Shown here in pieces: positions 18,790 to 28,607 of a stretch of DNA of 64,000 nt. The position numbers were made by a program, and so were the translations under genes. The stretch is taken from assembly GCA_017466215.1 (NCBI GenBank), contig JAFTUO010000065.1, positions 544 to 64,543 on the forward strand, given 5' to 3'. The number at the start of each line of letters is the position of its first letter. Within the stretch, counting starts at the first letter, position 1. The DNA is from Oscillospiraceae bacterium. GTDB lineage: Bacteria; Bacillota; Clostridia; Oscillospirales; Oscillospiraceae. The notes beneath the pieces are model-generated. The model was given only the letters and a program-made list of their open reading frames with translations, searched no databases and had not been told where the DNA came from.

Positions 18790-21700
18790 TTATTCAGTTA
18801 CAGTGAATTTCTCGGTGGTTACAAGCGCGCCGTTGAAGTAGATATCCACGGTGTAATCACCGCTCTTTTGGGGCATTGCGGGCATATCCAGTTCGGAATA
18901 CCGCTGGTCCCACATAGCGACCCAGATCCGCGTTCTGCCGGTATTTGCGCTGATGACCTTTCCGTCAGCATCCCGGACGACAAACAGCGTTTCGATATCG
19001 TCCTGATCGTCGTGATAATTGGTGTCCAGACGCAGGACGAAGGAGGCCTTTTCACCGACTTTGAAGGTGTTGGTGAAATCGCTTTCGTAGAGGTTATACC
19101 AGCGCCAGTCTGCGTTGTCCGGCGTCCAGCACATACGGAAGCTGAAATTCTCCCAGGTAACGCCGTAGCTGTCAAACTTTTCGCTTTCAGGCACGCTGAA
19201 TTTTGTCTTGCCGCCGAATACGGTGATATCACCGTCCAGCTGGAAAGAGACGACGTAGCTGCCGCCGGGTACCAGGGGAGCGATGGTGCAGCTTGTGGTG
19301 TCGCAATGGATGACGTGCTTTTCGCCGCCGTCTACAGTGTAGAACAGACGCCAGCCGCCTTCCGGTGCTGTGCCTTCGAAGCCCCAGTTGATAGTCATCT
19401 CACCCGGCTTGGAATCGTCCAGCTTGATGTTCTTGACGGTAACGGAATTGGCGGTGAGGCTGACCCATTTGCTGACGGTCATATTGTCCGCCTTGACGTC
19501 AATGGTGTAGCTCTGGGCAGGGTCAAGACCCTCAATGGAGATCTCGGGCGTGTCCACATTAAAGCTGGCGTTGAAGCCGTCGGCATTATAGCAGCGAACG
19601 ATCCAGCCATCCACAGTTACATCCTTGGGCGCTTTCCAGGTAACCTTCAGGTTGCCGCCGTTAAAGCCCTTGATCGCCAAACTCTCGGGATAGATCAGGT
19701 CGCTTGCGGTGTAGGTAACGGTGTCCGTACCCACCACGTGCAGATCCACCACCGGCGCCAGCCGGAAGGTGTAGGTGCTGCCAACCGTCAGACCGGTAAC
19801 GGTGGCCATATGGCCGTTGCATTCCACAGTCTTTTCTTCCTCGCCGGGGGTGCTGTAGTAGATCCGCCAGGCGAAATTATCCTCACCCTGTACGGAGAAA
19901 TTCAGAACGACAGAGCCGGCCTGTTCTCCGGTTTTGGCGGTAAATTCCACAATGTTGGTCTGGGCATCTGTGGTGTGGTTGGCAGATGTTGTGCCGATCA
20001 GCCGGTGGAAGCCGGAGACCTCAACAGTGATCTTGTAGTGGGTATTGGAGGTGATGCCGGTGAAGTGGGCGGTATTGTCAACAACATCGGCGGTGAGCTT
20101 GTTGCCATAGGTATCCTGGCAAACGACGCGCAACAATTCGTTATCCACCTGGGTATCCAGCTTGACGGTCATCTCGCCGAATTCGCTGGAAACGGTGATG
20201 TTTTGTACCAGCTGTACGTAGTAATTCTCGTAGAAGGTGTAAATGCCCACTGCCAGCAACAGCAGAACGAGAATGGTGGAAAGAATGATCACGGGGGTGT
20301 TGTGCTTCTTGTTGCGCTTGGGGTCGGTGTAGTCTTCTTCATCCACATAGCCGGGATCCGCCTGCGCATCATCCTCAGTTTCAGCGGCTTCTTCCGGCTC
20401 AGCGGCAGGAGGCTCTTCCTCCGGGGCGCTGTCTTCGGTTTCCGTGGTTTCTTCCGGCGTTTCCTCGGGCATCTCGGGCTCGGGGAGGGTGATCTCCATC
20501 GGCTCGGGAACGACAACCGGACCGGGGGTCTCGTGGTCGATCAGCTCGTCCGCCTGGGCCAGCATAACGGATGTCTCGTCAGAAACAGCCGCATCCTCCA
20601 GATCCTGCAGATCTTCTTCGCTGGGCGCGGTCTCGTCAGTTTCAAAACCGTCGATCACGAACTGCTCTTCGTCTTCGGTTTCCTCAGCTTCGGCTTCTTC
20701 GGTTTCCTCGACAGGGGGTTCCTCAGCCTCAGTATCCTCAGGTTCGGTTTCCTCTACCGGGGCTTCCTCAGGTTCGGTTTCCTCAACGGGAGCATCCTGC
20801 GGGATTTCTTCTGCTTCAGTTGCTTCTTCCGTTACTTCCTCGGCAGCTTCTTCTGCTTCGGTTGCTTCCTCAGGCTCTTCTACAGGCGCTTCTGTAACGG
20901 CAGGGGGAATGATGGGGACATCGTTGACGCTGTTGCGCTGCATATACTCTGCCAGCTCCTGACCCATTTCGGCCGGGTCTTGCCAGCGGTCCTCAGGATT
21001 CCGGGCGCAGGCCTTGAGGATGATCTGTGCCATCTCATAGTCTGCATAAGCAGGCGGCGGCAGCGGCTCATCGCCATCCATCACGGGCAGCAGGCCGTTG
21101 TTATATGCCTGATAGAGAATCAGACCTGCGGCGTAAATATCCAGCGTAGTGTTCAGCGAGGAATAGGCATCCGCAATTTCCGGCGCAGTATAGGCGCTGC
21201 GGTATCTGTCGGGCAGGGAGGCGTACTTCAGCGAATCCAGCCGGATAAAGCCCAGATCGCCGATGCGATACTCCTGATTGCCGGTGAGGAACACATTGCC
21301 GGGCTTTAAGTCCACATACAGGTAGCCGTTGCGGCGGCAAACGGACAGCGCGGCGCACAGATCCAGACCCAGATTGACAGCAGCCAGATGGGTCATCGGA
21401 TTGCTCTTGAAGTGCCATTCCAGTGTCGGGCGGTATGCGCCGAGAAGATACAGATCATAGCCGGTGGCATCCTCCATTGGGACGATCTGCCAGCCCTCGT
21501 AGCTGCAGAAGCCCTCGATCTGGGAAAGCTTCTTCAAAACCTCAGCTTCCTCGACAGCGGAGTCAGTCAGCTCCTTGAAATAGGCAAGGGCAGCCTCCTT
21601 GGAAGAGTAAGCGCCGGTCAGCAGCAGGGCATCGAGCTGCACCTGAGATGCAGGAATGGAAAGGATCTTAACTATGTACTTATCATCAGAATCCTTCTTG

Positions 21701-21795
21701 ATGGCAGGGCAGCAGCTGCTTCCGTGGTGGCTGCTGATGGGGTCTCCCATCATATGATCCGACAATAACGGCGAAATCAATTTCGGTTCAGACAA
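18790..21795 (-). CDS. Atypical Hanks-type Ser/Thr kinase domain + acidic linker + TM + fibronectin-III-like extracellular repeats
   Basis: YIVK, YVDLKPGN, IGDLG, TAPE, DIYAAG; long E/P/A/T linker; one TM (VIILSTILVLLLLAVGIY); GLTVGSTYTF and GLDPAQSYTI FN3-like motifs; TTG start after AAGGAGG. Confidence 0.8.
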   Translation of the reverse strand: MSEPKLISPLLSDHMMGDPISSHHGSSCCPAIKKDSDDKYIVKILSIPASQVQLDALLLTGAYSSKEAALAYFKELTDSAVEEAEVLKKLSQIEGFCSYEGWQIVPMEDATGYDLYLLGAYRPTLEWHFKSNPMTHLAAVNLGLDLCAALSVCRRNGYLYVDLKPGNVFLTGNQEYRIGDLGFIRLDSLKYASLPDRYRSAYTAPEIADAYSSLNTTLDIYAAGLILYQAYNNGLLPVMDGDEPLPPPAYADYEMAQIILKACARNPEDRWQDPAEMGQELAEYMQRNSVNDVPIIPPAVTEAPVEEPEEATEAEEAAEEVTEEATEAEEIPQDAPVEETEPEEAPVEETEPEDTEAEEPPVEETEEAEAEETEDEEQFVIDGFETDETAPSEEDLQDLEDAAVSDETSVMLAQADELIDHETPGPVVVPEPMEITLPEPEMPEETPEETTETEDSAPEEEPPAAEPEEAAETEDDAQADPGYVDEEDYTDPKRNKKHNTPVIILSTILVLLLLAVGIYTFYENYYVQLVQNITVSSEFGEMTVKLDTQVDNELLRVVCQDTYGNKLTADVVDNTAHFTGITSNTHYKITVEVSGFHRLIGTTSANHTTDAQTNIVEFTAKTGEQAGSVVLNFSVQGEDNFAWRIYYSTPGEEEKTVECNGHMATVTGLTVGSTYTFRLAPVVDLHVVGTDTVTYTASDLIYPESLAIKGFNGGNLKVTWKAPKDVTVDGWIVRCYNADGFNASFNVDTPEISIEGLDPAQSYTIDVKADNMTVSKWVSLTANSVTVKNIKLDDSKPGEMTINWGFEGTAPEGGWRLFYTVDGGEKHVIHCDTTSCTIAPLVPGGSYVVSFQLDGDITVFGGKTKFSVPESEKFDSYGVTWENFSFRMCWTPDNADWRWYNLYESDFTNTFKVGEKASFVLRLDTNYHDDQDDIETLFVVRDADGKVISANTGRTRIWVAMWDQRYSELDMPAMPQKSGDYTVDIYFNGALVTTEKFTVTE

Positions 21796-21933
21796 ACCTG
21801 TCGCCTCCTTACGTACTGATATTCCCTTATATGATAAAATAAAAGCGAGAAAAAAGCAACTACATTTCCGCTTATTTTTGTTTCCACGATCCGACAAAAT
21901 AATTTTATGTTAACAAAAAGGAGGGCTGGATAC

Positions 21934-21962
21934 TTGCATAAATAAGAAAACCGTGTTATAAT
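21934..21962 (+). promoter_or_regulatory. SigA-type promoter
   Basis: TTGCAT-N17-TATAAT with TG extension. Confidence 0.65.
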
Positions 21963-22007
21963 ACAGAAAATTGGCGAGCCGAGGCTTGCCGGACAGGAGG
22001 TCCAACT

Positions 22008-23402
22008 ATGAATAAAGTGATTTGTGATATTTGCGGCACAGCTTATCCCGATACTGCTCCCAAATGTCCCATCTGCGGATACGCCAAAACTTCTGCCGAA
22101 ACCACCTCTGCTGGTACGGAAAGACGCTCCTCTGAGGGCTATAGCGCTGTTAAGGGTGGCCGCTTCTCCAAGCAGAATGTTCGCAAGCGCAACGGTGCCA
22201 AGACGCCCGAGCGCAGCACAGCCTCTGAAAGATCCCACCGCTCCCAGAATGAAGAGGGCGGTAACACCGGTCTGATCCTTGTGGTGATCTTCCTGCTGGT
22301 AGCCATCGTTGCTGTCGTGATCTACATAGGCCTGCGTGTGTTCCGGAATCCGGATACCAACACGACCCAGCCCACCGGCACATCCCAGGTTACCCAGCCC
22401 AGCACGGCCCCCAGCGATCCCACGTTACCCACCGGCACGGGCGTTGCCTGCGAGAGCCTGCAGCTGTCCAACCAGACCATTGAGTTTGTCAATGCCGGCG
22501 ACACCTGGACCATCCAGGCCCGTCCCACTCCCGCAAACACAACGGACGCTGTTACCTTTGAAAGCTCCGCTCCCGAGGTGGTTACTGTTGACGAGACCGG
22601 CCTGCTGACCGCAGTTGGCTCCGGCGAAGCCACCATCACGGTTACCTGCGGCACAGTTACCCAGACCTGCCAGATCAAGTGCAGCTTTGAAACTCCCGCT
22701 CCTTCGGATCCCACCACCGATCCTTCTGCACCTACAGATCCCACCGGCACGGGCACTACCGTACCCACCAATCCCACCACTCCTGCTGACCCCAACTTTA
22801 CCTTCGAATTCAACACCAGGTGGAAGGACGAGGCTTCCGGCAAGTGGGACACCTCCATTCTGGAGCAGGGCAAGACCTGGAAGGCATATACGAACGATCT
22901 GAGCGTTGATCCCGGTGCAATTACCTGGACATCTGATGATACCTCCATCTGCACCATCCAGAACGGCATCGTTACCGGCGTCGCACCCGGCAAGACGGAA
23001 GTTCACGCTACCTACGGTGGCAAGACCTATACCTGCATCGTCCGCTGCAAGTTTGAAGCAGGCGAGAACGGCAACACCGACAACAGCACTACCACCCCCA
23101 CAGAGCCGACAACGCAGACCCCCACCGTTCCCGGTGATGTTGCATTTACCTTTGCGTTCAACACACCGTATACGGAGGGTGATAAGTGGGACACCACCAT
23201 TCAAAAGCAGGGAGATACCTGGCGCGCATATAAGAATGATATGCCGGTAGATCCCAGCGCCATCACCTGGACCACCGACAATGCTGATGTATGCACCGTC
23301 AAGGATGGTATCGTTACAGCTGAGGGCCCTGGTAAGACAGAGATCCACGCTACATACGGCGGCAAGACCTATACTTGCATTGTCCGTGTTAAGGCTGAGT
23401 AA
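22008..23402 (+). CDS. Membrane protein: N-terminal zinc ribbon, TM, three bacterial Ig-like (Big_2) domains with P/T linkers
   Basis: CDIC-x10-CPIC; single TM; TFESSAPEVVTVDETG, TWTSDDTSICTIQNG, TWTTDNADVCTVKDG Ig2-type motifs; AGGAGG RBS. Confidence 0.8.
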   Translation: MNKVICDICGTAYPDTAPKCPICGYAKTSAETTSAGTERRSSEGYSAVKGGRFSKQNVRKRNGAKTPERSTASERSHRSQNEEGGNTGLILVVIFLLVAIVAVVIYIGLRVFRNPDTNTTQPTGTSQVTQPSTAPSDPTLPTGTGVACESLQLSNQTIEFVNAGDTWTIQARPTPANTTDAVTFESSAPEVVTVDETGLLTAVGSGEATITVTCGTVTQTCQIKCSFETPAPSDPTTDPSAPTDPTGTGTTVPTNPTTPADPNFTFEFNTRWKDEASGKWDTSILEQGKTWKAYTNDLSVDPGAITWTSDDTSICTIQNGIVTGVAPGKTEVHATYGGKTYTCIVRCKFEAGENGNTDNSTTTPTEPTTQTPTVPGDVAFTFAFNTPYTEGDKWDTTIQKQGDTWRAYKNDMPVDPSAITWTTDNADVCTVKDGIVTAEGPGKTEIHATYGGKTYTCIVRVKAE

Positions 23403-23411
23403 GTAAAAATG

Positions 23412-23445
23412 ATACGGCAGCACGAGATGTGCTGCCGTATTTTTA
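23412..23445. terminator. Bidirectional intrinsic terminator
   Basis: atacggcagcac-gagat-gtgctgccgtat + T run. Confidence 0.8.
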
Positions 23446-23646
23446 TTCGTTCATCGCCCGCTGGCCCTTGCGGAACAGCAACGTGATACACCACAGACCT
23501 GCCAGGCCTACCAGCGCGTAGATGATCCGGCTCACGACGCCGTCCTGTCCGCCGAACAGCCACGCAACAAGATCAAACTGAAAAATACCCACCAGACCCC
23601 AGTTCAGACTGCCGATGATGGAGAGGATCAATGCAATGGTATCCAT
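23443..23646 (-). CDS. DUF378 family small membrane protein (YuzA-like)
   Basis: IIGSLNWGLVGIFQFDLVA, SRIIYALVGLA; GGAGG RBS. Confidence 0.9.
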   Translation of the reverse strand: MDTIALILSIIGSLNWGLVGIFQFDLVAWLFGGQDGVVSRIIYALVGLAGLWCITLLFRKGQRAMNE

Positions 23647-23679
23647 GTGTTTACCTCCAAATAAAATTTTTGACATCCA

Positions 23680-23709
23680 TAGAATCCCCAGCCAATGCGC
23701 GATTTATGC
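23680..23709 (-). promoter_or_regulatory. Candidate forespore (SigF/SigG-type) promoter for DUF378 gene
   Basis: Minus strand GCATA-N15-GGGGATTCTA resembles GYATA-N15-GGnnAnAHTR. Confidence 0.45.
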
Positions 23710-23717
23710 ATTTACCG

Positions 23718-23746
23718 TTGCAAAAATGTGAAAATATCGGTATAAT
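23718..23746 (+). promoter_or_regulatory. SigA-type promoter for ispE
   Basis: TTGCAA-N17-TATAAT. Confidence 0.65.
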
Positions 23747-23775
23747 ATTTGCAAATCCATTGAGGAGAGCAAGCT

Positions 23776-24633
23776 ATGACTACTCTTTATGAAAGCGCAT
23801 ATGCGAAAATCAATCTGACCCTGGATGTTCTGGGTGTTCGTCCGGACGGCTATCACGACCTGAAAAGTGTGATGCAGACGGTTTCTCTTTGCGACGATAT
23901 CGAGATCGACATCGGCACGGGTAAACCCTGGTGCTTAAAATGTGAAGCAGAAGGTGTGCCGCTGGATGAGCGGAATCTTGCCTGGAAGGCTGCACAGGTT
24001 TTCTTTGCTGCCATTGGAAAAGATCCTGAGGGCCTGGAGATCCGTATGGTAAAGCGCATTCCCAGCCAGGCTGGTCTGGGCGGCGGCAGCTCGGATGCTG
24101 CAGCTGTGTTCCGGGCGCTGAATCGCCATTACGGTATGCCGATGACCACCCAGACGCTGGCGGATTTGAGTGCCAAGGTTGGCAGCGATGTGCCGTTTTG
24201 TGTGCTGGGCGGCACGGTGATGGTGGAGGGTAGAGGCGAATTTGTGCGAAAGCTCAAGGATATGCCTGCGTGCCATATCGTCATCTGCAAGCCGGAATTT
24301 CCCGTGTCCACGCCGGCGCTGTACCGCAAGCTGGATGAATGCGAGATTACGAAGCACCCGAATAACGATGCGATGGAAGCGGCGATCAACGCCGGCAAAC
24401 TTACCGCGATTGCGCAAAGTGTGCACAATGTTTTTGATCCCGTTGTTGCGGCAGAGCATCCGGAAATCGACCATATTAAGTCTGTCTGCGCTGCCTGTGG
24501 TGCGCTGGCGCAGCAGATGTCCGGCTCCGGCTCTGCAACCTTTGCCATTATGTCCGACCGGGCAAGTGCCATAGCAGCCTGCGAGAAACTGAAAGAAAAC
24601 TACCGTCAGGTATTTCTGGCGGAACCCGTATAA
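23776..24633 (+). CDS. ispE: 4-diphosphocytidyl-2-C-methyl-D-erythritol kinase
   Basis: AYAKINLTLDV, GYH, KRIPSQAGLGGGSSDAAA, GSDVPF, MSGSG. Confidence 0.96.
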   Translation: MTTLYESAYAKINLTLDVLGVRPDGYHDLKSVMQTVSLCDDIEIDIGTGKPWCLKCEAEGVPLDERNLAWKAAQVFFAAIGKDPEGLEIRMVKRIPSQAGLGGGSSDAAAVFRALNRHYGMPMTTQTLADLSAKVGSDVPFCVLGGTVMVEGRGEFVRKLKDMPACHIVICKPEFPVSTPALYRKLDECEITKHPNNDAMEAAINAGKLTAIAQSVHNVFDPVVAAEHPEIDHIKSVCAACGALAQQMSGSGSATFAIMSDRASAIAACEKLKENYRQVFLAEPV

Positions 24634-24684
24634 TTTTCCAAAAACCGTCCATAATGGAAGTATTTCCTTATGGACGGTGTTTTT

Positions 24685-25290
24685 ATGAAAAAATTACTTA
24701 AAGTCGCCACATTTTTGCTGGTTATTTATCTGGTTATCTGGTGCGGCACGGTGCTTTCAGACCGAAAAATGCTGAACGACAATCTTATTCGCTTGCACGT
24801 TGTTGCAAATTCTGATTCTGAGGAAGATCAGGCGCTGAAGCTAAAAGTGCGGGATGCGGTGGTGGAAAAGCTGCAGGAAACGATGGAAAGCTTCCCAACG
24901 ATGGATGAAGCAAGGCAGTATCTGCAAGATCACCTACCGGAGCTGGAAGCATTCGTCAATCAGGTGATCCGGGAGCTGGGATTTGCGGAAACTGCTACGG
25001 TATCTGTAGACCGGGAGACCTTTGACACCCGGGAGTATGACACATTCACCCTGCCGGCAGGCTACTATGAAGCCCTCAGGATCACCATCGGTGAGGGGCA
25101 GGGGAAGAACTGGTGGTGCGTGGTATTTCCGTCGCTGTGCGTTGGCACGACAACAGAGGATTTTGCAGATACAGCAGTTGGCGCAGGCTTTTCTGACACC
25201 TTGACCGAGACTTTGCAGGAGGAGCCTGAGATTCGGTTCTTCCTGCTGGATCTATTGGGACAGGTGGAAAATTTCTTTCGAAGTTTGTAA
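24685..25290 (+). CDS. spoIIR: Stage II sporulation protein R
   Basis: IRLHVVANSDS..DQ.LKL.VRD, LPAG.Y.ALR..IG.G.G.NWWCV.FP.LC. Confidence 0.95.
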   Translation: MKKLLKVATFLLVIYLVIWCGTVLSDRKMLNDNLIRLHVVANSDSEEDQALKLKVRDAVVEKLQETMESFPTMDEARQYLQDHLPELEAFVNQVIRELGFAETATVSVDRETFDTREYDTFTLPAGYYEALRITIGEGQGKNWWCVVFPSLCVGTTTEDFADTAVGAGFSDTLTETLQEEPEIRFFLLDLLGQVENFFRSL

Positions 25291-25355
25291 AATGTACTAT
25301 TATTGGGACGGAAAATGTGGTATGATGACGGTATAGAAAGAAAGGCGGTGGCAAA

Positions 25356-28300
25356 ATGCTGCGGTTACTTCTGGGTAGTGATTGGATCACGGTGAAAAAT
25401 GAAATACTAAGCCGCATTGCATCCGATGTGGCAGCGCAGCGCGGTGGCCGGATCTTGATGGTACCGGAGCTGATCAGCCACGATACCGAGCGGCGGCTTT
25501 GCACCGCGGCAGGGGACACCGCCAGCCGGTTTGCGGAGGTGCTGTCCTTTACGCGGCTTGCCCGTCGTGTGGCGGATGCTACCGGCTGCAAAATACCTGA
25601 ATGTCTGGATAACGGCGGACGGGTAGTGGCGATGGCTGCCGCGGCACGGCAGCTGCATAGTCAGCTGAAAGCATATGCCTCCGTGGAGACAAAGCCGGAG
25701 TTTTTGACCGGGCTTGTGGATGCGGTGGACGAATTTAAGCGCTGCTGCATTACGGCGGAGGAGCTGTCTCAGGCATCGAAGCAGGCAGGCGGCAGTCTTG
25801 CCCAAAAGCTGGAGGAGCTGTCTTTGCTTTTGGGCGCTTACGATGCGCTGTGCAGCCGGGGAAAGCGCGACCCCAGAGACCAGATGTCCTGGCTTTTGGA
25901 GCAGCTGGAGGACAGCAATTTCGGCGAAAATCACGTGTTTTACATAGACGGCTTCCCGGACTTTACCCGGCAGCACCTGGCGATTTTGGAGCATTTGATC
26001 CGTGTATCTCCGGAGGTTACCGTGGGCCTTAACTGCGATGCGGTGGACACCGATTCCGTGGCCTTTGAAAAGGCGGCGGATACCGCGTTGGCGCTGCTGA
26101 AATGTGCGAAGATGGCCGGCGTTGCGGTGGAAATTGAAAGAATCCCCAGCCGGGATAGTGCGCTTTTGGACGTATGCGGCGCGCTGTTTCAGGGCGAAGT
26201 TCCCCAGGGAATTTCTAAGCTGAAGGCTATACGCGCGGATTCTGCTTTCGATGAGGTGTGCATTGCTGCGGAGCAGATTCTGGATCTGGTGCGCGGTGGT
26301 TGCCGCTATCGGGATATCAGCGTGGTATGTGCCGATATGGCGGCCTATCAGAATTTTGTGGATCTTCAGTTCCATCGGTGCGGTATTCCTGTTTACCGCA
26401 GCGGAACAGAGGATGTGCTGCGCAATACGGTGATCGCCACGGTTTTGGCTGCATTGGACGCGGCGCTGGGTGGCTTCGAGCAGCGGGATGTAATGCGGTA
26501 TTTGCGGTCGGTGGTGTCCCCGCTGGATGCGGATACCTGCGATCTGGTGGAAAATTATGCGGTGGTCTGGAACATTCAGGGCAGCCGCTGGCACAAAGCC
26601 TGGACGAATCATCCCGACGGCCTGCGGGGAATTCCCAGCGAAGAATCCGACGCCCGGCTGGCTGCGCTGAATGAGGCGCGGGAGCTGGCAATTACGCCGC
26701 TGATCCGCCTGAGCAAGGGCTTTAAGGACGCAACTGCGCTTTCCCAGCAGGTGGACGCGCTGCGAAGCTTTCTGGAAGAGATCGCTCTGCAGGAGCGATT
26801 GGAGCAGCTAGCGCAGCTTTGGGATGCCGAGGGAGATAACCGCAGCGCCCAGATCCTGAATCAGATCTGGGAGATACTGCTGTCTGCGCTGGAGCAGATG
26901 CAGGATGTGCTGGGTCAAACGGCTTGGGAGAGTGAGGTCTTTCCCCGGCTGCTGACGCTGCTGCTGAGCCAATACGATGTGGGCACGATCCCGCCCGTTT
27001 TGGACGCTGTAACCGTCGGCCCGGTCAGCGCGATGCGCTGCCAGCAGGCGAAGCATCTGCTGATGCTGGGTGCGTGCGAGGGCGCGCTGCCCGGTTATGG
27101 CGGCGCTTCCGGTATTTTGACCGATCAGGAGCGTGTGGAGCTGCGGAAAATGGGCGTTGCCCTGACCGGTGGTGCGATGGAGGGAATCCAGGCGGAATTT
27201 GCCGAAATTTACGGCGTTTTCTGCGGCGCGACGGAGTCCATTACTGTATCTTACCCCGGCGGTCAGCCCTCGTATGTCTATCGCCGACTGGCGCAGATGT
27301 GCGGCGGTGAGATCTATAAAAAGCCGGAGCTGGGTGCGGCACTTACCGATCCCAGAGAGACCGGCGCATACTTAGCAAAATGGGACGCAGATGGCGTTGC
27401 AGGCGCATTGGGCGTTCTGGAACATTTCCGGGATACGCAGGCGAAGACCCGGCACGAGCTGGGCAGCGTCAGTCCGGAAAATATCAGAAATCTTTACGGA
27501 TACAAGCTGAATCTGTCCGCATCCCAGGTGGACCGGCAGGCGGAGTGTCGGCTGTCCTACTTCCTGCAGTACGGCTTAAGGGCCAAGGAACGCAAGGAGG
27601 CCACGGTTGACCCTGCCGAATTTGGCACATACGTCCACTGGGTGCTGGAGCATACCGCCAGGGAAGTAATGGCGCGGGGCGGTTTCCACAAGGTGAGCCT
27701 TGAGGAGACCCTGGAAATTGCCATTGCCTACTCTGACAGCTATGCGCAGGAAAACTTCCGGCAGGTGGATTCTCAGCGTATTGCGTATCTGTTCCGCCGC
27801 AACCGCCGGGAGCTGGAAATGGTGGTTGAGGAACTGTGGGAGGAGCTGAAACAATCCCAGTTTACCCCTGAGGAATTTGAACTGAAGTTTGGCGACGACG
27901 GCTCTATGGATGCCATTGACCTGCCGGGCGAGGCAATGCAGGCGGTGCTGCGGGGCTTGGTAGACCGGGTGGATATCTGCAAAAAGGATGGAAAGAATTA
28001 TTTCCGCGTTGTGGACTACAAGACCGGCAAAAAGGACTTTGACTACTGCGATGTGTTTAACGGCGTGGGACTGCAGCTGCTATTGTATTTGTTTGCGCTG
28101 GAGCGGGGCGGTGAAGCGGTTTTGGGCGATGCGCCTATTGCGGCCGGCGTGCAGTATTTCCCCGCCAGAGCGCCCTTAGTGGCATCTGACAGCCGGCTTT
28201 CCGATGAGGAAGCCAAGGCTGCCCGACAGAAGGAATGGAAGCGCCGCGGCCTGCTTCTTAAGGATGAGGACGCCCTGGCGGCGATGGATTCCAGCGAGGA

Positions 28301-28607
28301 AATGTCCCGCCTGAGCTGCAAGCGCAATAAAGACGGCGAACTCACCGGCGACCTGGCAGATGGGAATCAGATGAAGCTTCTGCGGCAGTATGTATTTACG
28401 CTGCTTGGGAATATGGTAGACGAGATCGCATCGGGTAATGTTGCGCCCAATCCGTATACCAGAGGCACGAGCCACGATGCCTGCACCTTCTGTCCCTACG
28501 GCGCGGTGTGCCACAGCGCATCCGTGGAGGGGCGGCGCAATTACAAGACGATGAATGCCCAGCGCTTCTGGGATGAGATCGAAAAGGAGGTGGCTGACCG
28601 TGGCTGA
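25356..28607 (+). CDS. addB: ATP-dependent helicase/nuclease subunit B
   Basis: VPE, LSFTRLA, IDGF.DFT, PD-(D/E)xK nuclease (GLVDRVD, VDYKTG), Fe-S cysteines (EC..; CTFCPYGAVC); upstream of addA. Confidence 0.9.
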   Translation: MLRLLLGSDWITVKNEILSRIASDVAAQRGGRILMVPELISHDTERRLCTAAGDTASRFAEVLSFTRLARRVADATGCKIPECLDNGGRVVAMAAAARQLHSQLKAYASVETKPEFLTGLVDAVDEFKRCCITAEELSQASKQAGGSLAQKLEELSLLLGAYDALCSRGKRDPRDQMSWLLEQLEDSNFGENHVFYIDGFPDFTRQHLAILEHLIRVSPEVTVGLNCDAVDTDSVAFEKAADTALALLKCAKMAGVAVEIERIPSRDSALLDVCGALFQGEVPQGISKLKAIRADSAFDEVCIAAEQILDLVRGGCRYRDISVVCADMAAYQNFVDLQFHRCGIPVYRSGTEDVLRNTVIATVLAALDAALGGFEQRDVMRYLRSVVSPLDADTCDLVENYAVVWNIQGSRWHKAWTNHPDGLRGIPSEESDARLAALNEARELAITPLIRLSKGFKDATALSQQVDALRSFLEEIALQERLEQLAQLWDAEGDNRSAQILNQIWEILLSALEQMQDVLGQTAWESEVFPRLLTLLLSQYDVGTIPPVLDAVTVGPVSAMRCQQAKHLLMLGACEGALPGYGGASGILTDQERVELRKMGVALTGGAMEGIQAEFAEIYGVFCGATESITVSYPGGQPSYVYRRLAQMCGGEIYKKPELGAALTDPRETGAYLAKWDADGVAGALGVLEHFRDTQAKTRHELGSVSPENIRNLYGYKLNLSASQVDRQAECRLSYFLQYGLRAKERKEATVDPAEFGTYVHWVLEHTAREVMARGGFHKVSLEETLEIAIAYSDSYAQENFRQVDSQRIAYLFRRNRRELEMVVEELWEELKQSQFTPEEFELKFGDDGSMDAIDLPGEAMQAVLRGLVDRVDICKKDGKNYFRVVDYKTGKKDFDYCDVFNGVGLQLLLYLFALERGGEAVLGDAPIAAGVQYFPARAPLVASDSRLSDEEAKAARQKEWKRRGLLLKDEDALAAMDSSEEMSRLSCKRNKDGELTGDLADGNQMKLLRQYVFTLLGNMVDEIASGNVAPNPYTRGTSHDACTFCPYGAVCHSASVEGRRNYKTMNAQRFWDEIEKEVADRG

